Shown here: in pieces, positions 63,076-64,000 of the stretch
Position numbering within the stretch: the first letter of the stretch is position 1
How the letters are laid out: each line of letters starts with the position of its first letter
Assembly (NCBI GenBank): GCA_907165135.1
Contig: OU015567.1
Location: 1,488,001 to 1,552,000 of the forward strand
Source of the DNA: Oikopleura dioica
Lineage: Eukaryota > Animalia > Chordata
DNA: 64,000 nt
Reading direction: 5' to 3'
Notes under the pieces: generated by a model
What the model saw: only the letters and a program-made list of their open reading frames with translations
What the model was told of the DNA's origin: nothing
The model's database searches: none
Position numbers and translations under genes: made by a program

Positions 63076-63618
63076 ATGGGTGACGAAGTCAAAATCGTGA
63101 TCCTTGGGGATCGAGGCGTCGGAAAAACAACTCTCATTCTAACTCTCGTTACTGAGGAGTTCTGTAGCAAGCCGCCAAAGACTCTCAATCGAATCGGCAT
63201 CACTAGTGAAGTTTCGAACCATTCTAGCGCTGGATTGACTTATCTCGTTGATTATTCGTAAGAAGATCATCCTAGAAGGGTTCTTGACGGATATTTCTAG
63301 GGAAGCGAATTCCGAAGAAATCTTGGAAGATGCCGATGTTGTCTGCTTGTGCCACAACGTCCTCGACATCGATTCGCTCTTTGAGTCAGCAGAAAAGTGG
63401 CTTTCGATCGTCAGACTTCAGGCGTACAAAAGTCCGCCTGTGATCATTGTAGGAACGAAGTCTGATGAAATTAAACAGTCAAGGAATGGTTTTCTTAAAA
63501 TTTTAATAATGGAAATGATATGGAATTCTCAAGTGAGGAACCAGACAAAGAAATGCTTTTAACAGTTCTTGGAACGAAAAATGCAAGGCGCTCATGTCCA
63601 GATATCCAGAAGTCGCAA
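63076..63618 (+). CDS. RHOT1: Miro (mitochondrial Rho)-like N-terminal GTPase domain, partial
   Basis: VKIVILGDRGVGKTTLILTLVTEEF, LVDYS, ADVVCLC, VIIVGTKSD, ALMSRYPEV. Downstream exons are unresolved at the window edge. Confidence 0.7.
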
Positions 63619-64000
63619 GTAAGAAAAGCAACAAACTTTCGCCAAAGTACTTAGAATTCTAAGTTAGAAAATTGAATATTATTCAAAATGTGATAGAAAG
63701 TTTCTAAAAGAGACCATAAGAGTATACTGAATAGTGATAAGTCATGAATTAAATTGCTCACGAAGTTGATAAAATAAATCACTAGATTTGAATTTAAAAT
63801 ACATAGCATCGTCATAACTTATAAGTTATAACGGCTCTATATAACGTTCTTAATATCTATAGACGTGCTTTTTTTAAGGTTATGCAATTTATTTCACCCA
63901 CTTCCTCATTTTTAGACCCAGAACACCATACATATTTGGAATCAGTGGAGAAAATCTAAAAACTTGACCGTTTTAGTTTTCCGAAATTCACTTCCGGTAA

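Overview
Compact, intron-rich eukaryotic DNA. Most introns are 40-55 bp, some apparently start with GA instead of GT, and the genes are animal-type. This points to the larvacean tunicate Oikopleura dioica or a close relative (inference). Left to right: the 5' part of a Ty3/gypsy (Tor-like) LTR retrotransposon with gag and pol joined in frame across a single TGA-CTAG stop; a replication-type histone cluster (H4, H3, H2A, H2B, no H1) with an orphan gene inside it; a tiny neuropeptide-like precursor gene; a gene-poor, MITE-rich 8 kb stretch; a VWA7-like/ITIH fusion gene; two Cys-rich/Kelch-like paralogues; cystathionine gamma-lyase; three tandem secreted Cys-rich paralogues; an SCP2-type thiolase with a mitochondrial-type leader and no PTS1; TPC2; POLR3G; a ZDHHC; a vWA-collagen-vWA matrix protein; an HDEL-ending gluconolactonase-family protein; a non-autonomous hAT element; SURF4; and the start of a Miro-like GTPase. 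Exon structures were assembled by eye and product calls come from recalled motifs. No database search was run.
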